Positions 38,109 through 50,869 of a DNA stretch of 64,000 bases are shown in pieces (position 1 is the first letter of the stretch; every line of letters begins with the position of its first letter). The notes below the pieces were generated by a model. The model did not search any database, had not been told where the DNA came from, and worked only from the letters and a program-made list of their open reading frames with translations. Both the position numbers and the translations under genes were made by a program. The stretch spans positions 92,070,001-92,134,000 of the forward strand of contig CM069131.1 of NCBI GenBank assembly GCA_035221665.1. Reading direction: 5' to 3'. The stretch comes from Okamejei kenojei (Eukaryota).

Positions 38109-39219
38109 GGCATGCAGAGTAGCATTGTCAGCAATCAGGGACTCATTATTCCTTATCTTGTTGAAAAGATTTATTGACAAAACGTTGACCTTCGCACCAG
38201 TGTCTAACTTTGCAAGGAAGGTTACGTCATTGACAGTCACAGATATGGTGGGATCAGAACGTTGGCCAGGTGCATGTAGGAGGGTAAACACACTCGAATC
38301 CTCGGGAGAATTAATTGGATCTGCATCATAGGATTCAGCTATGTTGGGCTGTGAGCCGTAACAGCCATCAGATTGTCTCAGCATGTTTAAATTTGGTCTG
38401 GACATCTGTACCGGTCTCCCACGGGAACGACAGGCGGCAAAGAAATGATTCAGTTTTTTACAAAAGTTACAGGCCTTGCCATAGGCAGGGCACGTCGACA
38501 GTCTGTGGTGCATGTAGTTATAGCTTGGGCACCTTTTTGGGGGCACTTCACCAGGACCTGGGTTGGCATGCGGCAGAAAAGCAATGTTTCCCATCCGAGG
38601 CTGTGGTCTCCTAAACCCAGACAGGTTAATAGATTTATTGTCCGAATCACGGTGGTCATTTAGCAATACAACGACCTCAGACAATCTGCAGGCATGCATG
38701 GCTTTTTCTAACGTTAGATTCCAATCCCTTAGAAGCTCACATCGCAGCTTCTGGTCACGCATGCCAGTTACTAAAATGTCTCTAGTGAGCTGGTCTGTCA
38801 TGTCACCAAAACAGCACCGCTGGGCGAGATAACACAAATCAGCGATAAAACATTCAACAGGTTCATCTGGCAACTGTTTCCTTGAAAAGAACCATGCCCT
38901 CTCTAGAATGCGGTTCGAGGGCAGGTCACAAATCTCCCTGAACGTACGTAGCAGGCAAGCGGGGTCACTATCAGATTCTGCAGGAGTAGTCACCACGTTG
39001 TTGTCATCCAGGACCGCTGGAGCGTAGGTGGAAGTTCTGGCTCTCTTCATGGCATCAGGTCCGACAAGGTTGAGTAGGAGGGAAGCTTTAAGGGAGTCAG
39101 GATCAGCGTGGTGTGCGACGTTGACAAAGTGGGTGAAATCAAATTCAAACGTGGCCCAGCGCTCAGAGATGTCAGCATCAAAGACAAGCTGCGCGGGCTT
39201 TCTGCAAGAGGACGCCATG
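38101..39219 (-). CDS. Gypsy (Mag-type) gag-protease, inverted relative to the LTRs
   Basis: Open frame; RKQLPDEPV.., two zinc knuckles (CPAYGKACNFCKKLNHFFAAC), protease LDTGAKVNVL and LHAYGG. Confidence 0.88.
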
Positions 39220-39319
39220 GTCAGAGAGATTAAGCACAAATAGCACAAATCAAAAGAAAGAAAGAAATCCCGATAGACAGGAGACGCAGGTATCTTCCAG
39301 CTTCGACACCATGTAATTA

Positions 39320-40825
39320 CGAAACAGAGGACTTGCTCGTACTGTGTGTTGACTTTATTCCCACCAAGCAGTTACAGCCTTTGGCTGAGCACACCGCTGC
39401 CGATCCAGTTTTGCAGCGGCTTGCCGCTGTGATTAAATCAGGGTGGCCAACAAAGCGCTCCAGCGCGCCGTCTGAAGCACAGCCTTTCTTCCTGGTCCGC
39501 GACGAACTGGTGCTCCAGAATGACGTTAACGTCAAGGGACATAAAGTTGCAGTCCCGTCCTCCCTGTTTGACTTTTACTATTGCTCAGCTTGTTTGACTT
39601 TTACTATTGCCTAGCGGACACCCTGGGGTCGATGCAACACTCGCCCATCGCTCAGTGCCAATTCTACTGGCCTGGAATGGCCAAATATATCCAAGACAGA
39701 GTTTCTGCCTGTTCCACGTGCAACAGTCTTGCTCCACACCAGCAGCGACAACCCCTGCTGCAACAGCCCACCCCTGCCTTGGCCTGGTCCTCGTTGGCTG
39801 CCGACATCTTCGAGTGGCGTGGCAACCACTGCCTTGTCCTGGTCGACTCGTACTCAAACTGGTTCGAAGTGGATTTACTGACAACCCTCACGTCGGAGAT
39901 GGTGATCCGAAAGCTGCGGAAACACTTCTCCACTTTTGGGTCCCGTGTCCGGCTGCAGACTGACAACAGCAGGCAGTTTACCAGCCGAGAGTTCAAATGT
40001 TTTGCAGACAAATGGAATTTTGTGCATTTCACCAGCAGCCCAGAGTACCCACAGAGCAACGGCCTTGCTGAATGGGCCATCTGCAGAACCGCGCTTCTGA
40101 TGGAACAGGCGAGACGGTCCAACTCTGATTTGTATTTGGATCTCCTGAACCTCAGGAATGTTTCCAGGGATCCGGCCATGGGGTCACCTGCTCAGCGTCT
40201 GATGTCCAGAACAACCAGATCTACCATCCCGATTGCTCAGCACCAGCTTCAACCTCGGGTGCTGGAGCCTGCCTCCGTGCAGAGGCGCATTCAAGAGAAA
40301 CATGACAGCCAGCGGCGTTCCCACAATCGGTTGTGCAGACCACTCGATCCTCTGTTGCCTGGACAGATTGTTCGGTTGCAGACCGCCGGTGGTCACTCCC
40401 GTCTGGCTACCGTGGTTGGGGTGGCCGACTCACCTCGTTCGTACCTGGTCGACTATGAGGGAACTATCTACCGAAGAAGCCGACAACACCTGCTTGCGGT
40501 TAATGAGCCGAAGCCGCAGCCCCCGGGGCCCTATGCTCCGCCACTCTCATACCAGCTGCCGGCTGCCGTCCCAGCCAGTGTTCCCTGCATGCCTCGGTCC
40601 CCATCTCGAGCGCCCTGTTCCTCTCTGCGCGGGTCACCTGTTGCCGGTCGCGGTTCTCACTCTCCTGCTTCTCCCACCCCACCGCCCTTCCCTGGTTCCC
40701 CAGCTGCTTTGCGTCCTCCTGTTTTTCTGCTCTTTCGGGGGAAGGGGGAGACATCCGTACGCGCTCGGGCCGGATTAGTAAGCCACCTGTTCGTTATGGC
40801 GATTTTGTTTAATTCTGCTGTTTAA
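39320..40825 (+). pseudogene. Gypsy integrase (with frameshifts)
   Basis: ADPVLQ..GWP, YWPGM..CSTC, ADIFEW, VDSYSNWFE, TDNSRQF, YPQSNGLAE. Confidence 0.9.
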
Positions 40826-41204
40826 TTCTGTTGTTGTGACCAATCTGTTTTGATTTTCTAAGGGGAAGGATGTAGATGGCTTATATATGCAACCAATAAT
40901 ATAGCTACCTCAGTACCATTAACCCCGCCTAGTTAACATCAATCATAACGCCTTCCCCTCTCTGGGTACAGTTCAGTAGAAGAATGTAGCCAGTGCTTGA
41001 TGATGTATGTAATACCCTGTGCTATCATTAAAAGATGTTGCACACTTTAAGAGTTTGTGAATTGCTTATTTACAGTAATCACAATGGTTCTCCCCATCAA
41101 CTCCTCCTTATTAATGGCCAACAAGCTTGCCTCATTGATGGTTGCTGAGCAAAAGTGGAAGTGAGGGTTTGGGGTTTGAAGAAGGTTCTACCTGCTGTTA
41201 CGTG

Positions 41205-41840
41205 TCATGGCTATCATATTATAGGTGTCATATTATGTGTATCATATTATGTGTGTGATATTCCGTGTGTCATATTATGGCTATCATATTGTAGGTATAT
41301 TATAGTTATATTATGGGTATCATATTATTGATATATTATGGGTAGCATATTGCGGGTATATTATGGGAATGGTATCATTGATATATAACCATATAACATA
41401 ACAATTACAGCACGGAAACAGGCCCTCTCGGCCCTTCCAGTCCGTGCCGACCATTTGTTTTCCCCTAGTCCCATCTACCTGCACTCAGACCATACCCCTC
41501 CATTCCCTTCACGTCCATATACCTATCCACTTTACTCTTAAATGTTAAAATCGATCCTGCCTCCACCACCTATATTATAGGAATCATATCATGAATATCA
41601 TATTATCATATGGTCATAAGGAATAGGATTAGAATTAGGCCATTCAGCCCATCAAATCTACTCCGCCATTCAATCATGGCTGATCTATCTCTCTCTTCTA
41701 AACCCATATGGGTATAATGGGTATCATATTATGGGTTGTATATCATGGGTATCATATCATGGCTGTCATATTATGGCAATCATATCATGAATATCATATT
41801 ATGGGAAATATCATGGATATCATATTATGGATATCATATT
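41205..41840. repeat. AT-rich minisatellite (TATCATATTATGGG-like) interrupted by two minus-strand CR1 tails
   Basis: Degenerate ~14-bp units; CR1 tails at about 41382-41570 and 41612-41706. Confidence 0.75.
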
Positions 41841-42129
41841 ACAGGACTTCAGTTATATTGCCTTTGCCAATTTCTGGAGCTCTGAGATCAAATCAGCGCT
41901 GCATAATAGTTGATGCCACCAGATGCCTACTCTGCATACTTTCATATTTGCAGACGTCATAAGTCAAATTAGGTAATACTTGTGCTGAAAATTGTGGGCA
42001 AATTTGCACAACACACAATCTCCCAGCCCTGATATTCTTCAGCATTTAGCTTATAAATCATTTCTGCATTTTATTGTCTCAATTGGGAAAAAGGCAAGAT
42101 GTCTCTTTGCAAACGTATTTGTCTACCAA

Positions 42130-42560
42130 ATGGGTCAGAGAGCATCTGTGGTGGGAAATTGCTAGACGGCTTTTCGAGTCGGGACGTTTCTTCAGACTGA
42201 ATAGTGAAAGGCCTGCATTGAGTGGATGTGGAGAGGACTAGGACCGGAGGCCATAGCATTCAGAATGAAAGGATATACATTTAGGAAGGAGATGAGGAGG
42301 AATTCTGTGGAATTCATCTTCACAGAAGGATATGGAGGCCTAGTCAATTGATATTTTTAAGGCAGATATTGAAAGACAAGAGCATGGGTATTAGGGATTA
42401 TGGGGTTCAGAGGGGAAGATAGCTAGATCATCCATGATTAAATGGCGGAGTAGACTTGATGGGCCGAATGATCTAATGCTGTTCCTACAAATTATGAACA
42501 TGTCCATTTCCTTCCACATGCTGCCTAACCTGCTGAGTTCCTCCAGCACTTAATTATTTT
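42130..42560. mobile_element. Penelope-derived palindromic repeat split by a CR1 3' fragment (about 42203-42500, +)
   Basis: Left arm ends CTTCAGACTGA; right arm GCTGCCTAACCTGCTGAGTTCCTCCAGC; CR1 tail between. Confidence 0.6.
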
Positions 42561-45500
42561 CCTCAAGTTCCTGGTGTCTCCAACCTTGAAGTGCAATCGA
42601 CTGAAGCCCTGTTGATAAAAATACACACATAAATAATTACATAATGTGGATATTTATCATAGGCTCCTATATTTCTGCATACCCCAAAAATATTAACACC
42701 AAGGTCATGCAAGCGAATGGCAAAGCTGTCATCATCGTTTGATTTCGCAGAGGCTCACACATCACCTGCAGACATATCACACTATGCCAACCAGGTGACA
42801 GCTAGCTGCAGACATGTACTATGCTTGCTTCAACCAATTCTATCTCATTTGTAGTTGGGGCATTAATCAGCAGAGAGCACAAAACCGTGCTAAAGAACCT
42901 ACAGAGCTTTCCATCTGCTGTATTAATTTTTAATTATATGCAGATTTTAATCTTCTTGATGTCAATACCTTAATGGTTATGAGGAATGCATTCCTGAAAA
43001 AACGATATCAGAGGCAGTTTTGGAAAATATAATCTAGTGTTTAATCGAAGGAATTATTTAAACCAAATAGTCTTATGTTAATTGAAGGCTAATAATGTTC
43101 TGGAAAAGTGCAACCACATTTGCTGCAGTTTCCAGTGATGCATCCCCACTTCATTTTCAAAGTGCAACACCAGCACCTGTTCACGCAGTCAGTGGTGTTT
43201 GCTCATGGCAGATGCTCAAGCTGCGCTCTAATCTGACTGGGGCTCCAATGGTCAGCAGGCTGTGAGAACCGCTGCCTTGCTGTGGCAAGCCCTGTCTCTC
43301 AACGAGGCTCGGTGCAACCCTCCAAGCAGATTTTGCCACGACTTTGAAAGAGTGACACATTGGCCTTCGAGATTGATGACCACGAGACTGCTCCTCAGAT
43401 GCTATGAGTGCATCCAAGTCTGCAAATAATTGGGCAAGAAGTGAATGCTTCTCGAACAGCCTGCCGACTTGATGTAAGCAATTAAAAATGTTTTGTTCTG
43501 TAAAATAAAATATATTGGCCATTTATTTTGAGATATTGCTCATGGAATTAACAAAGTCTATTGCTTTGTGGATCACCTGTATTCAGTCTGCAAGGGTGAC
43601 TCCTAACTGTCTGTTGCCTGCAAATGTAATACCTCACCCCACTCTCCCATATCTGTCCATAGCTTCCTACAACTACGCCTTGAGGAACACCATCTCATCT
43701 TTCATCTTCCACTTTGCATTTTTTTGGAATCTACAACTTTACGTAACCTGCCTTCTATGTCAAGACTGACCATTGCTGTTGTAGTCACCCACCTCTGATT
43801 CTGGCTCAGATTTTCTTCCCTCCTTTAGCCCAGCCTGGCATGCAGTTCAGTTAAGTATGGCCATACCTATGCACAATTCCCGATTAGTGCAGTGCATAGA
43901 AATAGTCCACTGAGTCTGCATGGAAGAATCATAGGTTTGGTGCCACTTTCGAAGTCAAGTCCAGTCTGTGTGCTCGGTCTTCTGTATTCTCAAAATCAAT
44001 CTGCAGTTATATCGTAGCTTTAGTTCTACAGATGAAAAGCTAACATTCTATTTTTAAGATATTTAATTGAATAACCACTGTGCTGTTCTGGATAAAATAT
44101 TGATAAATTATGTTAATTAATGTTACTTTACTTGTGCATTTCTGCTTAATTTGCGATATACTTCCGTCAAATAAGCAAAAAAACAAACCACTGGAAGAAC
44201 TCAACAGGTAAAGCAACGTCTGTGGAAGCAAAGGGATGGACGAGTTTCGATTCGAGAAATTGATTCAGGACTGTGATCTCACAGTCCGCCCGCTATCATG
44301 CCTAATCACAATAGGTTAGTCATTCATCTGTTCATGGAGTGGAGCATTCAGATAACAACAAGCGTCTGGAAATACTTAAGTTGTTCTATATTCTGCTTTA
44401 AAATAAGGACAGTAACTTTTTCTGTATAGTTGTTAAGTGTACATTATTAATGTTGAAGATAAAGATTTACCAACAAAATATACAACTTGGCCAAATGGCC
44501 AAACCTACATAAAACCAACTTTTAACTATTTATGTCATTTTATAACATAGGGAAATGTAGCATTTTTAATCTGCTTCTTCCATTCAATTCCTCAAAGCAC
44601 TATGCTGTTAAAAAACTGATAAGTGATCTTCGCTCACTGTGGTAGATAACTGAAAAATACTATGAATGTTGTCACACCAGCTCAGTGGTATAAAATAACA
44701 GTGATCCACAGATTAATTCTCAATATTGAAGGAAATTAGAACTTTACAATAAATCATTTTACAAATTCGAGTTAATTACCCAAAAAGTTGACCTTTTAAG
44801 AAAATGTAAAGATGAGGGCAAATTAATTAATTATGTTGATAGTAATAAATTAGCATATGCTGATGGTTTAAATTTAGCAAAGCTTCCACGGGTGAAAAGC
44901 CAAAGTTCTATTTTTAAGATATTTAAATTGCATAACCAATGTGCTGTTATGAACAAAATATTAATAAATTATGTTAAATAATGTTAGTTTAATTTGAGAT
45001 GAACTTCCCCCCAAATAATTCACATGGATAGTACTTATTTATATTGCTAAATGGGAATAATATAATGGTGAATTGCAGTAACTATAACCAAACCATGCTT
45101 AAAAATTGCAACATTATGCATTGGATTTAGAAATAAAATCTTGACTTCAAAAGAAATTGGAGGCTAGAAGGTGATACCATGCTTTCAAAACTCCTCTGGG
45201 GGGCATACTAATTTCAGTCTCCTCTCTATCTTCACAACTCTTTAAAACATCTAAATCCACATCTCTAAACCTGCAGTCATCTAATTCTGGCCCTTTTGTC
45301 TTTTGATTATTCTTAAATTCATTCATCCTGCCACTAGAGTCTATACATTAATCCCCAATGTCTGGCCTTTCTTCCATAAACTATCTCCAATCTCTATTTC
45401 TCACTTTCCGATCTCTATTTCTCTTTTCTCTTAGGACTATCCTTGAAACCTGTTTCTCCGTTCAAGCGTTTCATCATCTGCCCTAAGGAATCCTTCAGCG

Positions 45501-45962
45501 GGCTGGTGTTAAATGTTGTTTGGTCACAATCCTACTTTGCACTTTAAGTTGCTTTGATTTGTTCAACTTACTTGATAAATGCAAATTACTTTTTGTGGAG
45601 CTTTCCTAACTGATGATTAAACATACAAACACATATATTTGCAGCTTTTATATAAATATCTTCCATATTAAATTAAAAAAATATACTTTCTGAAAGATCA
45701 TTAAATTCCTACTGTACCAAAACTTACCAGGATATGACGGTCTGAAGAGGTGGTTCAGCTCTGACTACAGATTCATTGTACATTGTAAACTCTCTATTGA
45801 ATTTCTAACATCTAAATATCTTATAATGACATGTTGAAGTAATAAATGCCCCTACACAAAGGTATTTACAATGACATAGACTTGAGTAAATTATAGGCAC
45901 ATTTTAATTCCTATCTTTGTGGTTGATGCCTGTTATTCACGCTGCCTGAATTTTATAGGTAA

Positions 45963-46650
45963 CTAGACCATGTGCAGACCAACGCAATATTCCAGCACTC
46001 ACCGCAGGTGGGCGTGGACCCAAGAACCGGAGCGAGGCCGAGGGTGGACGAGGACCCGTGGGCCCGATCGAGGCCGCGGATGGGCGTGGACCCGAGGACC
46101 TGAACAAGGCCGCGGGCAGGCGTGGACCCGAGGACCCAAGCGAGGACATAAGCAAGCCCGCGGGCGGGAATGGAGCTGAGGACCCGAGCGAGGCCTCACT
46201 GCTGTGGTCTCGATGTCTCCTTCACCACCGCAGTCTCGATGCCTCCTTGATGGCCGCGTAAAACCCCAGCCAGTGCATCGCGGGTAGAAGCCCAGGTCAG
46301 AAAAAGTGGAACGTTAACTTAAATGCGGCCCTCCCCCTGACGTCACTGGAAGCTGGTCGCCTCTCACTCCTCCTTGGTGGCCGCCCACCTCCTCTTTGTG
46401 ACGTCACTCGAAGCGGGTTGAAGGTTTGCCGTTTAATCAGTTGGTTTTTCCTATTTTTTAAATGCTGTAACTTGTGAAATATAGCATGAAATGTGAAGTG
46501 AAGCAGTTTATTTTGTCGACGGAGTTAATGTGATTAATAATGTGTGAAAATTTCTGTGCTAGCACATGGCGTTTTGACGAAGGTAGAAAGACACCGACGA
46601 CACACACATGTATACATACATACAAGGTAAGACTTTTAATTTTATATAGA
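45963..46650 (-). mobile_element. Non-autonomous Helitron A
   Basis: On the minus strand it starts TCTATATAAAATT and ends GGTCTAG followed by host T; 3' hairpin degraded. Confidence 0.7.
46005..46195. repeat. GC-rich ~30-bp tandem repeat inside Helitron A
   Basis: GGGCGTGGACCCGAGGACCCGAGCGAGGCCG-like unit repeated about 6 times. Confidence 0.85.
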
Positions 46651-47721
46651 CTAGACCAACCGCGGACCCGTTGGGCCCGATCTCCCAAGACAATATTCCA
46701 CCACTGACCCATAGCCCCCAACTGTGCAGGCGCGGCTGAAGGGTTCCCCTTGTGAAGCCAGCGATCACCGTTGTGACTCGAGTCATGGCAACCCTCCCCA
46801 ACTGTGCCTCGCCATCCCTCTTCCTACCCCTATCCTCCTCCACTCCCCCTCATCCCCAGCACTCCATCCCCCTCCTCTTCACTCTCCTTCATCGTTCTCC
46901 TCTCCTCCTCCCCTCCCCATTCCCTCAACCTCTCCCTCCCTCTCCTTTCCCCTACCCTCAGTCACTCCCTCCCTCCCTCCATAACCCATCTCCCTCCCTA
47001 CCCCCCTCCTCTCCCTCTATCTCCCTGCTCCCCCACTCCTCACCTCCCCACTCACCTCCCCTCTGCCCCACACTCCCTCCTCACCTCCCCTACTGCCCTC
47101 CTCTCCCTCTATCCCCCACTCCCTACCTTCTCCACGCCCCCTCCTCGCCCTCTATCCCCCCCTCCTCCCCCTCTTACCTTCTCACCTCCCCCACTTCCTC
47201 TCCCTCTCCCCTCCCTACCCCCCTCCTCTCCCTCTATTCTCCTGCTCCCCCCACTCCTCCCCTCCCCTCATATTCCACCCCCAACAATGAAAATAGCGTG
47301 TTTCTTTTTAATGAAACCCCCCCCTATCCCACACCCCCACAATGAAAATTGCGACGTTTTATTAAAAATGAAATTCTCAATGAAAATGTTGGCTGTTAAT
47401 GAAAATGGAAGAATTTGATTAAAACAGTTTCCAGTTCGAGATTCCATTGTGATGTCATTGTGACTTCGAACATGGCTGATGGGCAGGGCAAGTGGGAAAG
47501 TGGTTTGAAAAGTGATTTTTGTAAAGTTTAAAATGTCAATAATGTAAAATATAACATCAATCCAAATTAAACTTGCTCCATTCACATACCAGGACAATGG
47601 TGAGTAAGGTGGGCCAATATTTGTAGCGCTACCGTGTACTGTTTTGGTGGGGTTTTGGGATATCATGCACATGCACGTACGCATACAAACAAGCAAGATG
47701 AGAGTTTTAGTAATATATAGA
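46651..47721 (-). mobile_element. Non-autonomous Helitron B
   Basis: Minus strand: host A, then TCTATATATTACTAAAAC; hairpin CGGGCCC-AAC-GGGTCCG (46663-46679) 8 nt before terminal CTAG; CT-rich interior at about 46810-47290. Confidence 0.8.
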
Positions 47722-48194
47722 TATGTTTGGGTTGGTACTGTGGAACAGCACTGTTGTCTCACAGCTCAGGTGACTGAGGTTCATTCTGCACCCTGATGTA
47801 GTCAGTGTAGAGATTGTATGTTCTTACTCTTAATATAGATGGTTTCCTGCGCAGTGACACTGTGTCCACCCATATTCTAAAAATGTGTCAATTGGCATTG
47901 AAGATACTACTAGGAAACAGATCCTTTGGCCTGCTGAGTCCACACCACCCATCACTCATCCCTTCGCACTAGTTATTTTTAAATGGCCAGAATGCCTATG
48001 CAAATGGTAGGCTGAATGGTCCCCATAAAGTGCCAACAATGTAGGTGGGTGGTTGCAGAATTATAGTGGAGTTAGTTGAGCATGTGGAACAGGAACAAAT
48101 CAGGGTTTGGACTTGAAGGCATCTCTCTGAAAACCAGCATAGATTGGCATTCGATATCATATGAAATTGAGAGAAATGAAGGACATTATTGATA

Positions 48195-48612
48195 TTGAGG
48201 GAATGCAGCATAGGTTCACCAGGTTAATTCACGGGATGGCGGGACTGATGTATGATGAAAGAATGGGTCGACTGGGGTTATATTCGCTGGAATTTAGAAG
48301 GATGAGAGGGGATCTGATAGAAACAAATAAAATTCTTAGAGGATTGGTTAGGGTAGATGCAGGAAAGATGTTCCTGATGTTGGGGGAGTCCAACTTTTTC
48401 ACCCAGAGAGTTGTGAATCTGTGCAATTCTCGGCCACAGAAAGCAGTGGAGGATTTAGCTCTTAGGGCTAAAGGAATCAAGGGATATGGGAAAAAGCCAG
48501 AATGGGGTACTGATTTTAGATGATAAGCCATTATCATATTGAATGGCAGTGCTGGCTCAAAGGGCCTAATGGCCTTTTCCTGCACCTATTTTCTATGTTT
48601 TTACGTTTCTAT
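48195..48612 (+). mobile_element. CR1 3' fragment with internal deletions
   Basis: RFTRLI..GLYSLEFRRMRGDLIE, FFTQRVVNL; (TTTCTATG) tail. Confidence 0.85.
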
Positions 48613-50869
48613 GTTGTCCACATTTGTGCCGTGACTGCAACCAGGGAGAACACCATGATGCTTATCTAAGCAGCTTTCTATCCAATACATGTTGATGAAT
48701 ATCTCTCTGGTTCTTAGAACTACCCTATCTTTGTACTAGATGTGTCTTCAGGTTCAATGGCGTGAACAAAGGTTAACTCGGGGTAAAATGTCTTTGACTT
48801 GTTCATCAATGATGTTTGGAGAAGGCGATCTCACCGGCTAGTAATTACAACTTCTACACGTTTAAAAACCCATATGTCAATAAGAATTAATTTGTGAAAA
48901 CGAATGTTTTGGTAACACATCTTAGACCATAAAGTTAACATGAGGAAACTATTGAGAATCTTTAGACAGTTCAGTTCGCCAGCTGTGGCATGCGTTTTTG
49001 GATTTGTCGCAAGAGATTAAACTGTCTGGTGGGTTGTTCTAAGTTTCTTGATTACAACTCGAGATGAGTCATCAAGCTACTTATCACATCCCATTATATT
49101 CAATATTATCTTCCCAGGAAACGGAAAACAGAAACTGTTGCATGAAGTTAAAAGCTCTTCTGTTAGTTGCACAAATAGTTAACAAATTGTTATTTCTGCA
49201 CCAGAGGTTGGTTTTGATTCAAACTACTGGCCATGTATTATTTCCCTTTTTGCTGTCGGCCTCCTGTGTGGAAGGTCATTAAGTATCCCCTAGAATGGGT
49301 TTATAGAACAAAATTGCCAACCCCAATCTGAATGAAGATAAGGTTGGATGGTCCTTGAAAAGCAAATGTCAAAATGGCACAGCATGAGATACTCTTCTTT
49401 GCTTAGAATTAAAATGTGATGCTTAAAGCAGAACAAGAGCTGTCACTGAATGGTATGGATTAGATGTGAGCACTGCATGCTGCTATTGTGTAACAAAAAT
49501 GCTCCATTTTTCATAAACACCCTTCTCAAAATTGGCACAAAATCCATCATAGAATATAGAACAGGTCAGCACAGGATCAAGCTCACAATGTCAATGCCGA
49601 ACCTGATGCCAAGTTAAACTAATCACCGCTCCCTGCAGTTGTTCCATATCCCCCCATTCCCTGCATATTCATGTGCCCATCTAAACGGCTCTCTAAACAC
49701 TGGACAGTCTATCTGCCTCCAATACCATCCCTGGCAATGCGTTTCAGACACCCACCAATCTCAGTAAAAAACTTGCTCGCCCATCACCATAAAGCCATGC
49801 CCTTGAATCATTGATATTTCCACCCTGGGAAAATGATTCGGAACTTCTATCCATCATAAAGTGTATGTCAAGATATCGATCTGCTAATATTAAAAAGAGA
49901 TTCAATCAAATTTGTGTTTGTAAAATATATTATTATCTTTATGCATATTGAAGTAGTTCACTGCTCAGATGTAAGGATTGAGTCTGCAAGGTTAACCTGC
50001 ATAATATTATAAAACAATGTGTGGGACACAAGTGTTTTCTAACCCCAGCATATGACTGAGCCACTTTATGGACTGCAATAACAAACTCAGAAACAAGCAG
50101 CCAACGATAATGTCCTCTTGGAGTTGAGTGTTCTAGTCTTCGTGTAATGCAAGGTTTTTCTTTGTGATGATATGGCACACTGGCACCTCTGAAAAATTGA
50201 AAGTTGTTATTTTGTTTTCCAGCCAGATGACATGTATATTTATTAAAGGTGTGTACCAGCAGCTTCTTGTGTACAAATAAATCACTGGTCTTATGTATTG
50301 AGGGACAGCATATCTAGAACAAAGGCTATCTTCTTATTAAACAGGCACCCAGATTAGAATAGGGATCTAGTGACAAGGACCAAATAAGCATATTGTGACA
50401 ATAGAAACACATGGAACTGCAGATAATGCTTTAACACAAAGTGCTGGAGTAACTCAACGGGTCAGGCAGCATAGCTGGTGTACATAGATGGGCAGAGTTT
50501 CAGTTTGGGTCCCTTCTTCAGGCTCAATATACATTGGGACAAAATATTGGGAGTTGATGATGTGCACTTCTCTTATCAAGTAACTGCATGAGTTGGAGAT
50601 AGTTGCTGTTGAGTACAAGGGAAATGGAAACTTTCCGGAGAAATGTTGTCATTGGAGATAATGGGCCTTTTCTTAGCAGCATCAGTATGATAATCCACAC
50701 ATAAATGGACAAAGGAATGCCTTAGGAATAAAACTACTAGATCATGTCCAAAGGCTAGAGACGATGGGGCATGTGTTTTTATGTAGCAGATCCTGAAATT
50801 ACAGAACCTACGAGTGTGGGATTTGATGAGTGAGGGGGATTTGCTGTAGAAGGTGGAATTGTGAGCAAA

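Larger units (their letters stand above)
37887..41074 (+). mobile_element. Mag-type Gypsy LTR retrotransposon, rearranged (inverted gag-protease, RT missing)
   Basis: LTRs TGT..ACA at 37887-38071 and 40871-41074; TSD GTAAT at 37882-86 and 41075-79; tRNA-Leu PBS at 38072; PPT AGGGGAAGGA at 40861-70. Confidence 0.93.

Noticed and set aside
45990-46200. CRISPR-like array or RG/W-rich protein ORFs
   Set aside because: Contiguous tandem units with no unique spacers, inside a Helitron in eukaryotic DNA.
46724-47418. Proline/serine-rich ORFs
   Set aside because: Artefact of a CT-rich low-complexity tract lacking stop codons.
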